Below, in pieces: positions 24,664-26,663 of a DNA stretch of 26,663 nt. Location: positions 1 to 26,663 of IMG/VR virus record IMGVR_UViG_3300047314_000275. One strand, 5' to 3'. This DNA comes from a virus. Its lineage: Duplodnaviria; Caudoviricetes. Both the position numbers and the translations under genes were made by a program. A model generated the notes under the pieces. It made no database searches. It was not told the origin of the DNA and was given only the letters and a program-made list of their open reading frames with translations. Within the stretch, counting starts at the first letter, position 1, and the number at the start of each line of letters is the position of its first letter.

Positions 24664-25713
24664 TCAGAAGTTGAGCTTCACGTGCTTGCGGACGCCGCAA
24701 GCGTTCGGGCGCTTCACCCGGAGCTCGAGGTACGCCTTCACCATCGCGAGGTCCGAGTCACCCGTCTTCGCGAGCTTGTTGAACGCGAACATCAGCGGGA
24801 TGTCGCCGTAACCGTCGTTCGACGACAGCATGATGTCCGGGCCGAGCCCGAGACCCTGCTCGTCCTGCGGGAGAACGACCAGGTTCACGTAGTTCGTGTT
24901 GACGTAGTAGATCGTTCCGTACGTCGACGTGACGGTCGCGTCCTTGTCCTTCACGAACACGGTGCCGTCGACGCTCAGGCCCGAGAACCCGCCGTCGAGT
25001 TGGATGCGGCCACGCGCAGTCCGGAAGTCCGTGATCTGCTGCATGTACTGACGGTTCGCGTCGAACAGGTTGCCGAGCTCGTTGAAGACGCTCGGGTGGC
25101 AGAACGCGAGATCCGGGTACTCGCCCGAGTTCACGTAGATCTGCTTGATGTCCTGGCGGACCTGCGCGATCGACAGCTGCGTCGCCGAACCGGGATCCAC
25201 CACGTACGGCTTCCAGTACGCGCTCGAGCCACGCACGATGGTCGCGTACGTGTTCGTGTCGTCGCCGATCGCCGAGTCGAGGCCCGTGATCTGCTTCGGG
25301 CTCGCAGCGCCGTTGCCGCTGAAGATGCGCTGGTTGATGAGCGACGTGAGGCCCGTGCACGCGTTCACGAGGTTGCGGCCCCAGAGGCCGACGTTCCCCG
25401 CGGGCGTGCCAGAGGTACGTGCCGCCGCACGCGCCATGCCGGTCACGCTGAAGTTCGCGCGCATCATGGCCCACGACAGAGTCGCTGGGTCCTGCGCGTC
25501 CGAGCTCGCGTTGCTGACGTCGGTCGTGGTCTCGGAGTATTCCTCCGCCGTCACGCCCGTGCTTTCCGCCGCCCAGGCGACGTTCTTCCCCTCGCCGGTG
25601 ACGATCGGAAGAGTCCGAAGCGCCATGGAGGTACGGTTCGCCTGGCGAACGATGTCTCCCGCGTAGTTCTGCGCGAGAACGATCAGGGCCAGAGTCTCAG
25701 CTGTGATTCCCAT
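24664..25713 (-). CDS. Major capsid protein (HK97 fold expected)
   Basis: 349 aa following the scaffold; IFSGNG...ITGLDSAI...TYATI.R...YWK, GFSGLSVDG, ELRVKRPNACG. Confidence 0.9.
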   Translation of the reverse strand: MGITAETLALIVLAQNYAGDIVRQANRTSMALRTLPIVTGEGKNVAWAAESTGVTAEEYSETTTDVSNASSDAQDPATLSWAMMRANFSVTGMARAAARTSGTPAGNVGLWGRNLVNACTGLTSLINQRIFSGNGAASPKQITGLDSAIGDDTNTYATIVRGSSAYWKPYVVDPGSATQLSIAQVRQDIKQIYVNSGEYPDLAFCHPSVFNELGNLFDANRQYMQQITDFRTARGRIQLDGGFSGLSVDGTVFVKDKDATVTSTYGTIYYVNTNYVNLVVLPQDEQGLGLGPDIMLSSNDGYGDIPLMFAFNKLAKTGDSDLAMVKAYLELRVKRPNACGVRKHVKLNF

Positions 25714-25727
25714 TGTCTTTTCCTGCT

Positions 25728-25792
25728 GGCGGGCAGTGCGGGTCCGAGCGGCTCACGCCCCCGCGGAATTGCGAGGGCGAGAGCACTGTGCC
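25728..25792 (-). other. Structured 5' leader of the capsid gene
   Basis: Hairpin CGCCCTCGC-AATTCC-GCGGGGGCG enclosed by a CAGTGC/GCACTG pairing, ending just before the AGGA RBS. Confidence 0.55.
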
Positions 25793-25799
25793 GTGGTGA

Positions 25800-26591
25800 T
25801 CAGCCTTCGAACATCGACATGTCCGCACCGGACGCTTGAAGCGCCGAAAGAACGGCCGCGTTTTTCTCCGCGTCGCTCATTCCCGGTTTCACCACCGGCG
25901 ATGAGGGCATTGCTCCGGTGTTACCCGGGGCCTTGCGCTGTTGATGCGAACCACCACGCTGCCCGTCGCCTCCCTGCCCGCCTGGGGGGAGGAGATAGCG
26001 GGCCATGTCTTTGCTTTGGACGAGCAGCGGGATTGCTTCGTCCAGGGAGAGCTCCACGTCCTCTTCCGGAGCGCCCTTGTACGGAGCGCGCTTCACGGTG
26101 AGGATCGGATTCCCCTTGTCGTCGGTCTTGAGACGCTTCTCGATGACGTCGAGACGAGTCATCGCGTCGTCGAGGTAGAGCGGATTGACCAGGTCGGCGA
26201 GGGCACCACGGAGTGCGCCGCGGGCGCCGTCCTGGATGCGCTGATTCTCGATCGCGACGCGCGCCGCCTTCTCGGCCTTGGTCTCCTCTTCGGCCTTCGT
26301 GAGCCGATCGGCCATGTCCTTGAGGAGCTTCGCGGTCTCAGGATCCTGCGCCGGCTTTTCTTTCGGTGGATCCTTCGGTTTGCCCGCTGCGATCTTCTCG
26401 TCCACGCGCGCCTCGAACGCCTTCATGCTCTCGCCCAGGCCGTCCTTGACGAGCGTGCCGAGCGACTTGGTGAGCGTCTCTCCGAGGGTCTTCGTGTGCG
26501 AGGTGACCGCGCCGGTGACCATCTTCGCGATGTCGTCGCCGTCCGGGATCTCGTGTTCCTTGCCGTCCGCGTCCTTGAATTTGATCGCCAT
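25800..26591 (-). CDS. Capsid scaffolding protein
   Basis: Charged helical protein with a Gly-rich linker near the C-terminus, directly upstream of the capsid gene; AAGGA RBS. Confidence 0.8.
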   Translation of the reverse strand: MAIKFKDADGKEHEIPDGDDIAKMVTGAVTSHTKTLGETLTKSLGTLVKDGLGESMKAFEARVDEKIAAGKPKDPPKEKPAQDPETAKLLKDMADRLTKAEEETKAEKAARVAIENQRIQDGARGALRGALADLVNPLYLDDAMTRLDVIEKRLKTDDKGNPILTVKRAPYKGAPEEDVELSLDEAIPLLVQSKDMARYLLPPGGQGGDGQRGGSHQQRKAPGNTGAMPSSPVVKPGMSDAEKNAAVLSALQASGADMSMFEG

Positions 26592-26663
26592 GTCTCAGTC
26601 CTTCCACGGGTTACAGCTACCCGTCCGAGCGCCTGACCTGTGTTGGCTTGGCGTCGCTCCGGT

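Larger units (their letters stand above)
1..26663 (-). mobile_element. Myovirus-type phage/prophage structural (late) gene module; portal, terminase and element ends lie outside the window
   Basis: Continuous, tightly packed minus-strand operon with many ATGA/TGATG/GTGA overlaps, in canonical head-neck-sheath-tube-chaperone-tape measure-baseplate-fibre order. Confidence 0.96.

Noticed and set aside
77-26636. Many long plus-strand ORFs (e.g. 289..1593, 2579..3763, 9732..11015, 18489..19559, 24637..25839)
   Set aside because: Arg/Ala/Pro-rich antisense shadows of clear minus-strand genes, expected in high-GC DNA; only 13203..13748 occupies its own gap
1-26663. CRISPR array, tRNA, rRNA, integrase or IS element
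   Set aside because: None seen; the window is nearly fully coding with only short intergenic gaps

Overview
This high-GC window is almost entirely the late (morphogenesis) operon of a contractile-tailed phage or prophage, encoded on the minus strand and read right to left. The order is scaffold, major capsid protein, a repeat-containing decoration-like protein, head-tail joining genes, DUF3383-type sheath, tube, tail-assembly chaperone with a -1 frameshift, tape measure, baseplate genes, a ~9 kb array of fibre and carbohydrate-active proteins, and a membrane protein/papain-like protease/lipoprotein trio where a lysis cassette would normally sit. Gly/Pro/Cys-rich lipoproteins suggest a myxobacterial host (inference). 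The main oddities are: two glycosyltransferases overlapping structural genes (possible virion glycosylation); the C1-peptidase trio with no recognisable endolysin in the window; an antisense lipoprotein moron with an apparent leaderless promoter; a Tat-lipoprotein SGNH esterase among the fibre genes; two hairpins with nearly the same loop flanking the capsid gene; and two paralogous fibres. Family names come from motif recognition and gene order, not from database searches.
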